Shown: positions 1 to 8,599 of the stretch, one piece after another
How positions within the stretch are numbered: position 1 is the first letter of the stretch
How the letters are laid out: every line of letters begins with the position of its first letter
Virus record (IMG/VR): IMGVR_UViG_2874920711_000010
Direction: 5' to 3' (one strand)
Origin: a virus
Lineage: Duplodnaviria; Heunggongvirae; Uroviricota; Caudoviricetes
Length of the DNA stretch: 19,564 nucleotides
Made by a program: the position numbers and the translations under genes
Notes under the pieces: model-generated
The model's database searches: none
What the model saw: the letters and a program-made list of their open reading frames with translations, nothing else
What the model was told of the DNA's origin: nothing

Positions 1-107
1 ATGGGCTGCGTCACCATGTTGGTGATTCAGGTGCGCACCTTTCCCCTGTGGGGTAAAAGCTCCAACCGTAACGATGTTCGTTATGGTCAACGGTTAAACC
101 GTCTCTT

Positions 108-144
108 TGTCACTGTGTGTCACTGCTTGTCACTCTCCGTCACG
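108..144. repeat. Four direct GTCAC-containing repeats with exact 10-bp phasing (TGTCACT at 108-114, 118-124, 128-134; GTCAC at 139-143), followed by the near-palindrome TGGTCATTATGACCA (152-166)
   Basis: Read directly from the sequence; helical phasing suggests protein-binding sites. No convincing coding potential in this region. Confidence 0.5.
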
Positions 145-613
145 ATTGGGCGTGGTCATTATGACCATTCCCAAAAACCCCATATTCGTGGTTTTTCTGT
201 GTCGGGGCTATTCTGCTGTTGCCGTGCTGGTGGATATTCTCCGGTATGCGGCTCCCCATATCGGCATCAGGCCCACCAGCGTGAAGCGTTTTTCATTTTT
301 CGCGGGTATAAAAAATCGATGGGGCTAGCAGTCCGGAAGAGGTCAGGGCACAGAGATTTGACCCGCCCCTCCCTGTGCATTAGCACAATAAGTGACCGAA
401 GGCGGAATTCCGCCCTCGGTACTTACATATGAGAAACGATATTTCTTCCACCGATACCCTTTATTTGGGTATCGCGAGTAAGCCCCAAAATCTGGGTGTT
501 ACTCTTACTACCCAAACTACGGGTAGTTTCCGTAGTTTCATAGTCGAGTTGCAGATCTGCAACTCGCCACCAGTTGCTAAGTGCATTTTTGCACTTTCGG
601 TAATATCAACCAG

Positions 614-997
614 TTACCGCCGTAAGTGCTCCGGCTTCCTCCACTGGTAAGTATTTTTCGCGCTCTCCCTCCGTTGTTGAGAACGGCGACGATATGCCAG
701 CAACTCAAGGACTCTTGTTCGTATGTTGCGCATATCCACGCCGTTAAGCTCAATACCGTCACGGCGCATCACCTCAGCCACCACACGCGCGTAATTTTCA
801 GCGGTGACGCTGTCCGGCTGCGTGGCCACCTGTTTGCCTGTTGCCTGACAGATTCCGGTAATACGGAGGATTACTTTCAGTAGTTCGGCGTCGGTCATGG
901 TTATGGTTTCCATAGTGATGGGGAACAATTTCTGTAATCTGCGAAGCTGGCGATCGGTCAGACTCAAATGCCTGGCAACTTCAGTCTGAGTAGCCAC
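614..997 (-). CDS. HTH-domain DNA-binding protein, 127 aa; possible terminase-small-subunit-like or packaging-redirection-like protein
   Basis: ORF with apparent GTG start preceded by GAGGTG; N-terminus EVARHLSLTDRQLRRL looks like a helix-turn-helix. Function not recognised with certainty. Confidence 0.4.
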   Translation of the reverse strand: MATQTEVARHLSLTDRQLRRLQKLFPITMETITMTDAELLKVILRITGICQATGKQVATQPDSVTAENYARVVAEVMRRDGIELNGVDMRNIRTRVLELLAYRRRSQQRRESAKNTYQWRKPEHLRR

Positions 998-1252
998 TGT
1001 TCACCTCGCCCAAAAATCTCCCCTCATGCGTTTTAAACATGCATCTTGCGAACAACTTTATGAAACGCGGCATATATGTCCGGTTTGAGTGTTTAATTTT
1101 TGCGCATGTCCGGTTCGCAGAAAGCGCATTTCTATATTTTTCAAATGGTTAACCTTCAGAGAAACCGGACATGGTTTCCGAAAAATTTTCATAAATAGTG
1201 AAATTCTGCGCCGCTCCCGCCCGTGGCAGGCCACCCCACCGGAAGGACCCGC

Positions 1253-1283
1253 AAAAAAAAGCCGGATTTCTCCGGCCTTTTCT
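1253..1283 (-). terminator. Intrinsic terminator closing the capsid operon
   Basis: A8 run (1253-1260), hairpin GCCGGATTTCTCCGGC (1261-1276), then T-rich; on the minus strand this is a hairpin followed by a U-run, directly after the stop codon at 1283-1285. Confidence 0.7.
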
Positions 1284-1696
1284 CAGATGGTTTTCAGTAT
1301 GCGATCGATTTCGCCGTCATCACCCTGATATCTGCCATCGTATGCCATGCCAGGGCTTACGGCCTGCGGGCTGTGCATGTCCATAAAGTTTTCAAAGGCT
1401 GCGGTAAGCTCCGGCGCAACCTTCGGGCGTTCCTGCTCTATGGTCATGTTCAGGATTTCCCGGGCATTATCGACGCTAATACATGGCACGTTTGCCATTG
1501 CACGTAACAGCGGCTGATAGTCGTCAGATTCATGAAGCGCCATAATCGCATCAGTGCGCGGCTTGTCCTGCTCTTCCAGTTTGTTAAGTTGATATATAGC
1601 CTCGTAGGTTGATAAACCTCTGTCCGCCATTGCCCGCGCTTCGGCTTTAAATTTACTCGCCAGCGGTAGCGCCATGATAGCTTCATTGATTGCCAT
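1283..1696 (-). CDS. Hypothetical protein, about 138 aa, last gene of the capsid operon
   Basis: ORF 1283-1759 trimmed to the Met at 1696 (MAINEAIMAL...), overlapping the upstream gene end by 14 nt and followed by the terminator. No family recognised. Confidence 0.45.
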   Translation of the reverse strand: MAINEAIMALPLASKFKAEARAMADRGLSTYEAIYQLNKLEEQDKPRTDAIMALHESDDYQPLLRAMANVPCISVDNAREILNMTIEQERPKVAPELTAAFENFMDMHSPQAVSPGMAYDGRYQGDDGEIDRILKTI

Positions 1697-2042
1697 CGTT
1701 CCCCTGCTTATCGCACCAGTGGCTGAACGGATACGCCAGAACCCGCAAAAGCGGCGCATTTTTTCGCGTCGGTGTCGACGCTCTCGGCCAGTTAACGGCG
1801 GCGATATTAAATATCCCCGTCTTGTAACACTGTGCTGATTTCTGCTTTGACGTGTCCACGGGGTACGCCGTCAGATAAACAGCCTTGCCAGATTCCTGAC
1901 CATCCCACGCCTTAAACTCGCCATTGTCCGCCAGCATCAGCGGGGTAAATTCCTGAATAACGCCAGCATCAGCGGAAAAATGTACCAGCGTCGTGGCAAC
2001 CTGCTGTGTGCCTGCATATAACTCAACATATGGAGTGCCCAT
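1683..2042 (-). CDS. Head decoration protein, lambda gpD-like, 119 aa
   Basis: Shares TPLML, AWDG, YKxGxF and VxWP motifs with lambda gpD; strong RBS GGGAGA 5 nt upstream of the ATG, immediately after the capsid gene stop. Confidence 0.6.
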   Translation of the reverse strand: MGTPYVELYAGTQQVATTLVHFSADAGVIQEFTPLMLADNGEFKAWDGQESGKAVYLTAYPVDTSKQKSAQCYKTGIFNIAAVNWPRASTPTRKNAPLLRVLAYPFSHWCDKQGNDGNQ

Positions 2043-2053
2043 AGAATCTCCCG

Positions 2054-3109
2054 TTAACCAATTTTCACAGTAACAAATTTGCGGATATCTGCCGGAACCG
2101 GCTGCGGTGCGCTGTGCGTCTGCACGTACTCAATCGCCGGATCGCCGCTCTCAATCCAGTTTTTCGGGTAGTACATGTTTTGCGTTGCGCCCGTTCTTAC
2201 CGCTTCCGGATCCATAATCGCGCCATAGGCCACCAGACCTTTATTGCTGGTGTTGCCCAGGACAAGCAAATCAGGCTCAAGGAAATATTTTTCGGTGCCG
2301 TCGCTGTCGGTGTATTTGCCGGAATAGACGATAAGGGCCAGATCACCCAGATAGCCTTTAAAGCTCACCACTTCGCCCAGGTTTTTACACGCCAGCTCTG
2401 CGGCGGATTCTGAACCACGGGAAAGATCGTACAGCTCGCGGAATTTTTTAAAGCTACGTAAGGTGCGCCATACGTCAGCGCCCATAATCATGACGTTGGC
2501 GGGGCAGCTGGCCTGTTCGGCGTATAGCTCGATGTCATCTGTCGGATCATGCGTCTCTTTATTCTGCTCAGACCATTTTTTTCCTGGCCCCTGATGGACA
2601 ATGCAGTTTGCCGGCATATTCCAGTCGATTTCATAGCGTTCTATGCCTTCGCCTTCAATGATGTTTTTTCCGGTCGTGACCGCATTCACTGCCAGCCATT
2701 CCACACGCGCTTTAATGGCGTTTATCTGGCGGCGCATGTTGCCAGTAATGAGGCGCATACGTCGCCAGGTGGGGTCGTTAAGCAGTGCCGGATCTTCTCC
2801 AGCCATGCGCATGATGGTTTTTGATGGATCGATTTCGTGTTTGGGTTTCATGTAGCCAGGGCGGATAGTGCTTGTTTCGTACCCTTTATCACGCTGAACC
2901 TGGCTACCCACCACAGGCGAACAAAACGCCGACATGGTGACTTCTTCAATGTCCAGGGTATCCAGCATGACATCTTGTGTGTTGAAGGTTGCTACTTTCG
3001 GGAAAAACAGCGTGGTAAACAGCGGACTGAATTTAAATTCCGGGATATCCCCGCGATTCAGGTACGCGAAAAGCTGGTTAGTGTTAAGTGCCGTTGCTTT
3101 GTCTGCCAT
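2054..3109 (-). CDS. Major capsid protein, lambda gpE family, 351 aa
   Basis: Collinear similarity to lambda gpE over the full length: FKFxPLFxxLFF, PGYxKPKHE, DPTDDIE, VYSGxY...LVLGNT, YPKNWxxxGDPA. Start overlaps the upstream stop as TAATG. Confidence 0.85.
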   Translation of the reverse strand: MADKATALNTNQLFAYLNRGDIPEFKFSPLFTTLFFPKVATFNTQDVMLDTLDIEEVTMSAFCSPVVGSQVQRDKGYETSTIRPGYMKPKHEIDPSKTIMRMAGEDPALLNDPTWRRMRLITGNMRRQINAIKARVEWLAVNAVTTGKNIIEGEGIERYEIDWNMPANCIVHQGPGKKWSEQNKETHDPTDDIELYAEQASCPANVMIMGADVWRTLRSFKKFRELYDLSRGSESAAELACKNLGEVVSFKGYLGDLALIVYSGKYTDSDGTEKYFLEPDLLVLGNTSNKGLVAYGAIMDPEAVRTGATQNMYYPKNWIESGDPAIEYVQTHSAPQPVPADIRKFVTVKIG

Positions 3110-3315
3110 TATTCACCCCCATGAGTCTGATTCATGCCAAGCGCCGCACGTAAATAGGCGCGTACCTGCCAGCCTGTTGACGGCTCAACCATCGCCAGCG
3201 GATCAAGTCCTGCCGCAATGCCCGCTTTTACGTTCTGCTGGTGGCGTTCCTTGAGCGCCTCCACGATATCGGGGCTTATGTAAACTGTCACCCCGCCTTT
3301 TTTCTCTTCTGTCAT
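3109..3315 (-). CDS. Small protein, 68 aa, first gene of the capsid operon, translationally coupled to the capsid gene
   Basis: ORF with a GAGG-type RBS, directly downstream of the promoter and palindrome; stop overlaps the capsid gene start. No family recognised. Confidence 0.5.
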   Translation of the reverse strand: MTEEKKGGVTVYISPDIVEALKERHQQNVKAGIAAGLDPLAMVEPSTGWQVRAYLRAALGMNQTHGGE

Positions 3316-3339
3316 AGTCAGAAATTCCTCTTCGACTTA

Positions 3340-3400
3340 AAAAATTATAACTGGATGTACATCCAGTTATAGTTATAATCATAGTTGCATTTTGTGCAAT
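3340..3400 (-). promoter_or_regulatory. Capsid operon promoter (-35 TTGCAC at 3394-3399, 16-bp spacer, -10 TATAAC at 3372-3377) with a perfect 24-bp palindrome ATAACTGGATGTACATCCAGTTAT (3347-3370) over the start-site region
   Basis: Sigma70-like hexamers on the minus strand with correct spacing; the palindrome has a CTG-N10-CAG core, which is LexA-box-like. Confidence 0.5.
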
Positions 3401-3476
3401 AGAATTGAGTTGCGTTGCAAATTATGAAATGATTTACGGCAACAGTAGTCACCATGCTGTTAACCTCGTAAGCAAA

Positions 3477-3516
3477 AGCCCGATAAGCTTCCTCCTGTAC
3501 TTATCGGGCTTTTTTT
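3477..3516 (+). terminator. Intrinsic terminator-like hairpin with a T6 run on the plus strand and no annotated plus-strand gene upstream
   Basis: Stem AGCCCGATAAG / CTTATCGGGCT with a 13-nt loop, followed by TTTTTT (3511-3516). Confidence 0.45.
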
Positions 3517-3522
3517 GGGTAC

Positions 3523-3547
3523 AAAAAGCCGGATTTTCTCCGGCCTG
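3523..3547 (-). terminator. Intrinsic terminator downstream of the ssb remnant; hairpin nearly identical to the one at 1261-1276
   Basis: AAAAA then GCCGGATTTTCTCCGGC (3528-3544); on the minus strand a hairpin plus U-run directly after the ssb stop at 3553. Confidence 0.6.
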
Positions 3548-3552
3548 TGCGT

Positions 3553-3896
3553 TCAGAACGGAATATCATCACCGTAGGGGTCATCGTCTCCCGCTGGTGG
3601 CTGATTACCCTGTGTGCCTGTGGTTTTGCGTCTGTTCCCGCCAGGGCGTGCCGCTCGGGCACTGATTACGCTGTCGGCAATAACCTGATAACCCTGCCGC
3701 GTTTCCCCGTTCTGTCCGGTCCACTGGCTGACCTGCATCGTGCCGGATACGCTGGCAACGTCGCCTGTCCGTCCTGTGCCTGGCTGCATGGCAGCGATAC
3801 CGCCATACGCGCCAGCGTCATCGGTGTGCCCTTGCTGGTCTGTTTTACCTGCGGGTCGTCCACCAACCGTCCGTAAGCTGCTATCTGTGCTGTCAT
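3553..3896 (-). pseudogene. ssb: Single-stranded DNA-binding protein (SSB) gene remnant, frame-disrupted or internally deleted
   Basis: SSB-like N-terminus (MTAQIAAYGRLVDDPQVKQ...) with RBS GGAGAGG in one frame from 3896; SSB-like OB-fold end (SQWTGQNGETRQGYQVIADSV) and acidic tail DDDPYGDDIPF in another frame ending at 3553. The middle of the OB fold appears missing. Confidence 0.5.
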
Positions 3897-4001
3897 GATT
3901 CCACCTCTCCGGTTTTAACGTAAGCGCCCCATCAGCGACGTCTTGTGAAAATTGTCCTGTCTGGCAACAATCGCGCCCATCTATATTGATGGACACGAAC
4001 G

Positions 4002-4676
4002 ATGAATTCCCAGACAACAAAAGATATTCCCTGCTTCCGTTCTTATTTGCCTGATGCCCTGCGTTTAAGATTTGAAGATAAACTGACCATCCGGGCCATC
4101 GCTCAGCGTCTGGGTCTCAGTCATTCCACAATACATACGCTTTTTCAGCGATTTCTTGCATCCGGTATCGCATGGCCATTGCCCGATTCAGTTTCATTCG
4201 CTCAACTTGACGCCATCCTTTATGCCAACAGAAAGAAGGAATTAACAGAGCCTCAAATCAGAGAAGGCTCATGGCGAAAAGAACGGCGAACCAGCTATAG
4301 CCGTGAATTTAAGGTCCGTCTGGCTAAGCAGGCGTTACAGCCTGGGGCTGTTGTTGCCCGGATCGCCAGAGAACACGATATCAATGATAACCTGCTGTTT
4401 AAATGGAAAAGCCAGTACGAGGACGGCTTACTGAGCGATGATGACATACAGGAATGCATGCCTGTCCCGGTGGCACTGACTGATACGCCGGAGCCGACCA
4501 GACCAGTTACAAATCCCTTCTGGCGTAACAAGCATGATGAGCGCCCTGAGGGGGCTCCCGGAAACGTCCCACGGTGCGAGCTGCATCTTAAATCAGGTGT
4601 GGTAAAACTGTTTGACCCTCTCACTCCGGAACTGTTACGGGCGCTAATCCGCGAAATGAAAGGGGGTATCCGATGA
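4002..4676 (+). CDS. IS66-family accessory protein TnpA (HTH), 224 aa
   Basis: First ORF inside the IS66 left end, overlapping tnpB by 4 nt. Confidence 0.7.
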   Translation: MNSQTTKDIPCFRSYLPDALRLRFEDKLTIRAIAQRLGLSHSTIHTLFQRFLASGIAWPLPDSVSFAQLDAILYANRKKELTEPQIREGSWRKERRTSYSREFKVRLAKQALQPGAVVARIAREHDINDNLLFKWKSQYEDGLLSDDDIQECMPVPVALTDTPEPTRPVTNPFWRNKHDERPEGAPGNVPRCELHLKSGVVKLFDPLTPELLRALIREMKGGIR

Positions 4677-5020
4677 TAACGCTGCCGACCGGTACCAGAA
4701 TCTGGATCATCGCTGGCATCACAGATATGCGTTGTGGCTTCAATGGCCTGGCTTCGAAGGTGCAGAACACGCTGAAAGATGACCCGTTCTCCGGGCATAT
4801 CTTCGTCTTCCGGGGCCGCAGTGGCAAAATGGTGAAAATACTGTGGGCCGATCGTGACGGGTTATGCCTGTTCGCCAAACGCCTGGAACGGGGCCGCTTC
4901 GTCTGGCCGGTGACCCGGGAAGGGAAAGTGCACCTGACGCCAGCTCAGTTATCCATGCTACTGGAGGGGATCGCGTGGCAACATCCCAAACGGACAGAAC
5001 GGCCTGGCATCCGGATATAA
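4673..5020 (+). CDS. IS66-family TnpB (Orf2), 115 aa
   Basis: Characteristic small IS66 second ORF (MITLPTG...IWIIAGITDMRCGFNGL), translationally coupled to tnpA. Confidence 0.85.
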   Translation: MITLPTGTRIWIIAGITDMRCGFNGLASKVQNTLKDDPFSGHIFVFRGRSGKMVKILWADRDGLCLFAKRLERGRFVWPVTREGKVHLTPAQLSMLLEGIAWQHPKRTERPGIRI

Positions 5021-5039
5021 CCCGTGATAAAACAAGGGA

Positions 5040-6595
5040 ATGAACAATGAACTCCCCGATGATATTGAGCTGCTTAAAGCCATGTTGCGTAAGCAACAGA
5101 GTCGGCTTCGACAGTATGCCTGTCAGGTCGCGGGCTATGAGCAGGAAATTGAACGGCTGAAAGCGCAACTCGACAGGTTGCGTCGTATGTTGTTCGGCCA
5201 GAGTTCAGAGAAAAAGCGTCATAAGCTTGAAAATCAGATCCGACAGGCAGAAAAACGACTGTCGGAACTGGAAAACCGGCTGAACACAGCCAGAAATCTT
5301 CTGGAAGATGCATCGTCAGTCACAGATTCACCTGACACCAGTCCCCGTCAGAAAACCCGATCGCCAGTAAGCCTGAATCCCCGGGAGACACATCGCCTTC
5401 TGCCTGCTGAAACCAGTTGCCCGGCCTGTGGAGGTGTTCTGAAAGAAATGGGGGAAACAATCTCAGAGCAACTGGATATCATTAATACCGCCTTTAAAGT
5501 TATCGAAACCATACGTCCCAAACTGGCCTGTAGCCGGTGTGATGTCATCGTTCAGGCACCACTTCCCCTAAACCGATCGAACGCGGTTATGCCAGTGCAG
5601 GGTTACTTGCACGGATCCTGGTCAGCAAATATATGGAACATATCCCTTTATATCGCCAGTCAGAAATATACGCGCGACAGGGCGTGGAGCTGAGCCGTAA
5701 TACCATGGTGCGCTGGGTATCAGAAATGGCAGACAAACTCCGTCCTCTGTATATAGCGCTGAATGACTATGTTCTGGAGGCAGGAAAGGTGCACGCAGAT
5801 GACACTCCGGTGAAAGTACTGGCCCCGGGGAACGGAAAGACGAAAACGGGTCGTCTGTGGGTATACGTCAGGGATGATCGTAATGCGGGTTCATCCCTGC
5901 CGGCAGCCGTCTGGTTCGCGTATTCGGCAGATCGCAAAGGAGAACATCCGCAGCTCCACCTGGCAAAGTATCAGGGCGTACTGCAGGCTGATGCCTATGC
6001 AGGTTATAACGTACTGTACGAAACGGGCCGGGTGAAGGAAGCCGGGTGCCTGGCCCACGCCCGCCGAAAAATCCATGACGAGGATGTGCGCCGTCCGACA
6101 GAAATGACTCAGGAAGCGCTCAGACGGATAGCAGAGTTATACGACATAGAAGCGGAGATACGTGGCAGTCCGGCAGAGGAACGGCTTGCAGTCAGAAAAG
6201 CCAGAAGCGTCCAGTTGATGCAGTCGTTGTACGACTGGATACAGTTGCAGAGGAAAACGCTGTCGAAACATGCGGAGATGGCGAAGGCGTTCGACTATAT
6301 CCTGAATCACTGGAATGCGCTGAACGAGTTCTGTCGTGACGGCTGGGTGGAAATAGACAACAACATCGGTGAAAACGCGTTACGATCGGTGGCGGTTGGA
6401 AGAAAAAATTATCTCTTTTTCGGCTCAGACAAGGGAGGAGAAAGTGCGGCGATCATCTACAGTCTGCTGGTCACCTGCAAACAGAACGAAGTGGAGCCGG
6501 AGGACTGGTTGCGCGAAGTGATCGAGAAGCTCAATGACTGGCCGTCGAACCAAGTGCATGAACTGCTGCCCTGGAACTTCTCGTCTGTAAAATAA
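5040..6595 (+). CDS. IS66-family transposase TnpC, split by an apparent frameshift near 5565-5568 (C4 run)
   Basis: ORFs 5040-5693 and 5633-6595 together make a TnpC of about 517 aa; the conserved [29 protein letters not shown] block is only in frame if one base is restored in the C-run. Confidence 0.75.
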
Positions 6596-6640
6596 TCCTT
6601 ACGCTACGTACTTCTCGGGACGCTTACGTATATTAAGTTA

Positions 6641-6799
6641 GGTAGACAGCTTTTTTTACTGTCTACCCACTATCTACCCTCTCTACCTGATTTTACCTGA
6701 ATCAGACAGGGAGGTAGACACGGGGTAGATAGTGGATAAAAGCACTCTACCCCGCTGAAAGCCGCGCCATTACTGGCATGAGGGCCAGCAAGGTAGACA
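6641..6799. repeat. Iteron cluster: octamer GGTAGACA/TGTCTACC at 6641-6648, 6660-6667, 6713-6720, 6792-6799, plus degenerate copies at 6671-6678 and 6724-6731
   Basis: Exact 8-mers in both orientations within about 160 bp of the 367-bp spacer between the two IS66 copies. Confidence 0.6.
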
Positions 6800-6847
6800 A
6801 GGGGAGGCACAACTCAAAACTTTTTAAACGAGGGGGTAAAAATAAAC

Positions 6848-6994
6848 ATGCACACTTCAGGAAAATTTAATAAATCACTCAAAAAACGCAGAGACAGAAC
6901 AGAACCGAAATATCGCGCGTTAGACATGACAGAGCACGCTTTAAAGGTGGCAATCAGAACGATAGACCGCCACGCGGGGGAAGGATACGCGAAG
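6848..6994 (+). CDS. 5-prime fragment (49 codons) of a small gene truncated at the IS66 copy 2 end
   Basis: ORF 6848-7090 starts after a GAGGGGG RBS; from 6995 onward its frame is IS66 sequence. Confidence 0.25.
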
Positions 6995-7025
6995 GTAAGC
7001 GCCCGAGAAGTACGTAGCGTAAGGA

Positions 7026-8580
7026 TTATTTTACAGACGAGAAGTTCCAGGGCAGCAGTTCATGCACTTGGTTCGACGGCCAGTCATTGAGCTTCTCGAT
7101 CACTTCGCGCAACCAGTCCTCCGGCTCCACTTCGTTCTGTTTGCAGGTGACCAGCAGACTGTAGATGATCGCCGCACTTTCTCCTCCCTTGTCTGAGCCG
7201 AAAAAGAGATAATTTTTTCTTCCAACCGCCACCGATCGTAACGCGTTTTCACCGATGTTGTTGTCTATTTCCACCCAGCCGTCACGACAGAACTCGTTCA
7301 GCGCATTCCAGTGATTCAGGATATAGTCGAACGCCTTCGCCATCTCCGCATGTTTCGACAGCGTTTTCCTCTGCAACTGTATCCAGTCGTACAACGACTG
7401 CATCAACTGGACGCTTCTGGCTTTTCTGACTGCAAGCCGTTCCTCTGCCGGACTGCCACGTATCTCCGCTTCTATGTCGTATAACTCTGCTATCCGTCTG
7501 AGCGCTTCCTGAGTCATTTCTGTCGGACGGCGCACATCCTCGTCATGGATTTTTCGGCGGGCGTGGGCCAGGCACCCGGCTTCCTTCACCCGGCCCGTTT
7601 CGTACAGTACGTTATAACCTGCATAGGCATCAGCCTGCAGTACGCCCTGATACTTTGCCAGGTGGAGCTGCGGATGTTCTCCTTTGCGATCTGCCGAATA
7701 CGCGAACCAGACGGCTGCCGGCAGGGATGAACCCGCATTACGATCATCCCTGACGTATACCCACAGACGACCCGTTTTCGTCTTTCCGTTCCCGGGGCCA
7801 GTACTTTCACCGGAGTGTCATCTGCGTGCACCTTTCCTGCCTCCAGAACATAGTCATTCAGCGCTATATACAGAGGACGGAGTTTGTCTGCCATTTCTGA
7901 TACCCAGCGCACCATGGTATTACGGCTCAGCTCCACGCCCTGTCGCGCGTATATTTCTGACTGGCGATATAAAGGGATATGTTCCATATATTTGCTGACC
8001 AGGATCCGTGCAAGTAACCCTGCACTGGCATAACCGCGTTCGATCGGTTTAGGGGAAGTGGTGCCTGAACGATGACATCACACCGGCTACAGGCCAGTTT
8101 GGGACGTATGGTTTCGATAACTTTAAAGGCGGTATTAATGATATCCAGTTGCTCTGAGATTGTTTCCCCCATTTCTTTCAGAACACCTCCACAGGCCGGG
8201 CAACTGGTTTCAGCAGGCAGAAGGCGATGTGTCTCCCGGGGATTCAGGCTTACTGGCGATCGGGTTTTCTGACGGGGACTGGTGTCAGGTGAATCTGTGA
8301 CTGACGATGCATCTTCCAGAAGATTTCTGGCTGTGTTCAGCCGGTTTTCCAGTTCCGACAGTCGTTTTTCTGCCTGTCGGATCTGATTTTCAAGCTTATG
8401 ACGCTTTTTCTCTGAACTCTGGCCGAACAACATACGACGCAACCTGTCGAGTTGCGCTTTCAGCCGTTCAATTTCCTGCTCATAGCCCGCGACCTGACAG
8501 GCATACTGTCGAAGCCGACTCTGTTGCTTACGCAACATGGCTTTAAGCAGCTCAATATCATCGGGGAGTTCATTGTTCAT
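7026..8580 (-). pseudogene. IS66-family transposase TnpC, copy 2, with the shared frameshift plus a second 1-bp deletion (7801-7803)
   Basis: Three ORF pieces (7927-8580, 7586-7987, 7026-7589); copy 2 reads GGCCCCGGG where copy 1 reads GGCCCCGGGG. Confidence 0.7.
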
Positions 8581-8599
8581 TCCCTTGTTTTATCACGGG

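Larger units (their letters stand above)
3920..6627 (+). mobile_element. IS66-family insertion sequence, copy 1 (2708 bp), three-ORF tnpA-tnpB-tnpC organisation
   Basis: Left end GTAAGCGCCCCATCAGCG at 3920, right end ...GGGACGCTTAC at 6627 (imperfect terminal inverted repeats); flanks GTTTTAAC (left) and GTATATTA (right). Confidence 0.85.

Noticed and set aside
1-432. Plus-strand ORF of 143 aa starting at the first base of the window
   Set aside because: C/R/H-rich low-complexity translation with no RBS, overlapping the phased repeats and palindromes; more likely non-coding regulatory DNA.
2114-3254. Several plus-strand ORFs (70-106 aa) overlapping the capsid gene
   Set aside because: Antisense shadows of the strongly supported gpE-like capsid ORF.
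3553-4020. 155-aa minus-strand ORF treated as an intact gene
   Set aside because: Its N-terminal third is encoded by IS66 terminal sequence and the adjacent junction; only the C-terminal part is SSB-like, so it is treated as part of the ssb remnant.
4295-5548. Minus-strand ORFs inside IS66 copy 1 and their mirror images in copy 2 (8072-9325)
   Set aside because: Antisense to the IS66 tnpA/tnpB/tnpC genes, with no independent support.
6628-6994. Possible CRISPR-like array because of the repeated 8-mers
   Set aside because: Repeats are only 8 bp, irregularly spaced and in both orientations, with no cas genes; an iteron-type origin fits better.
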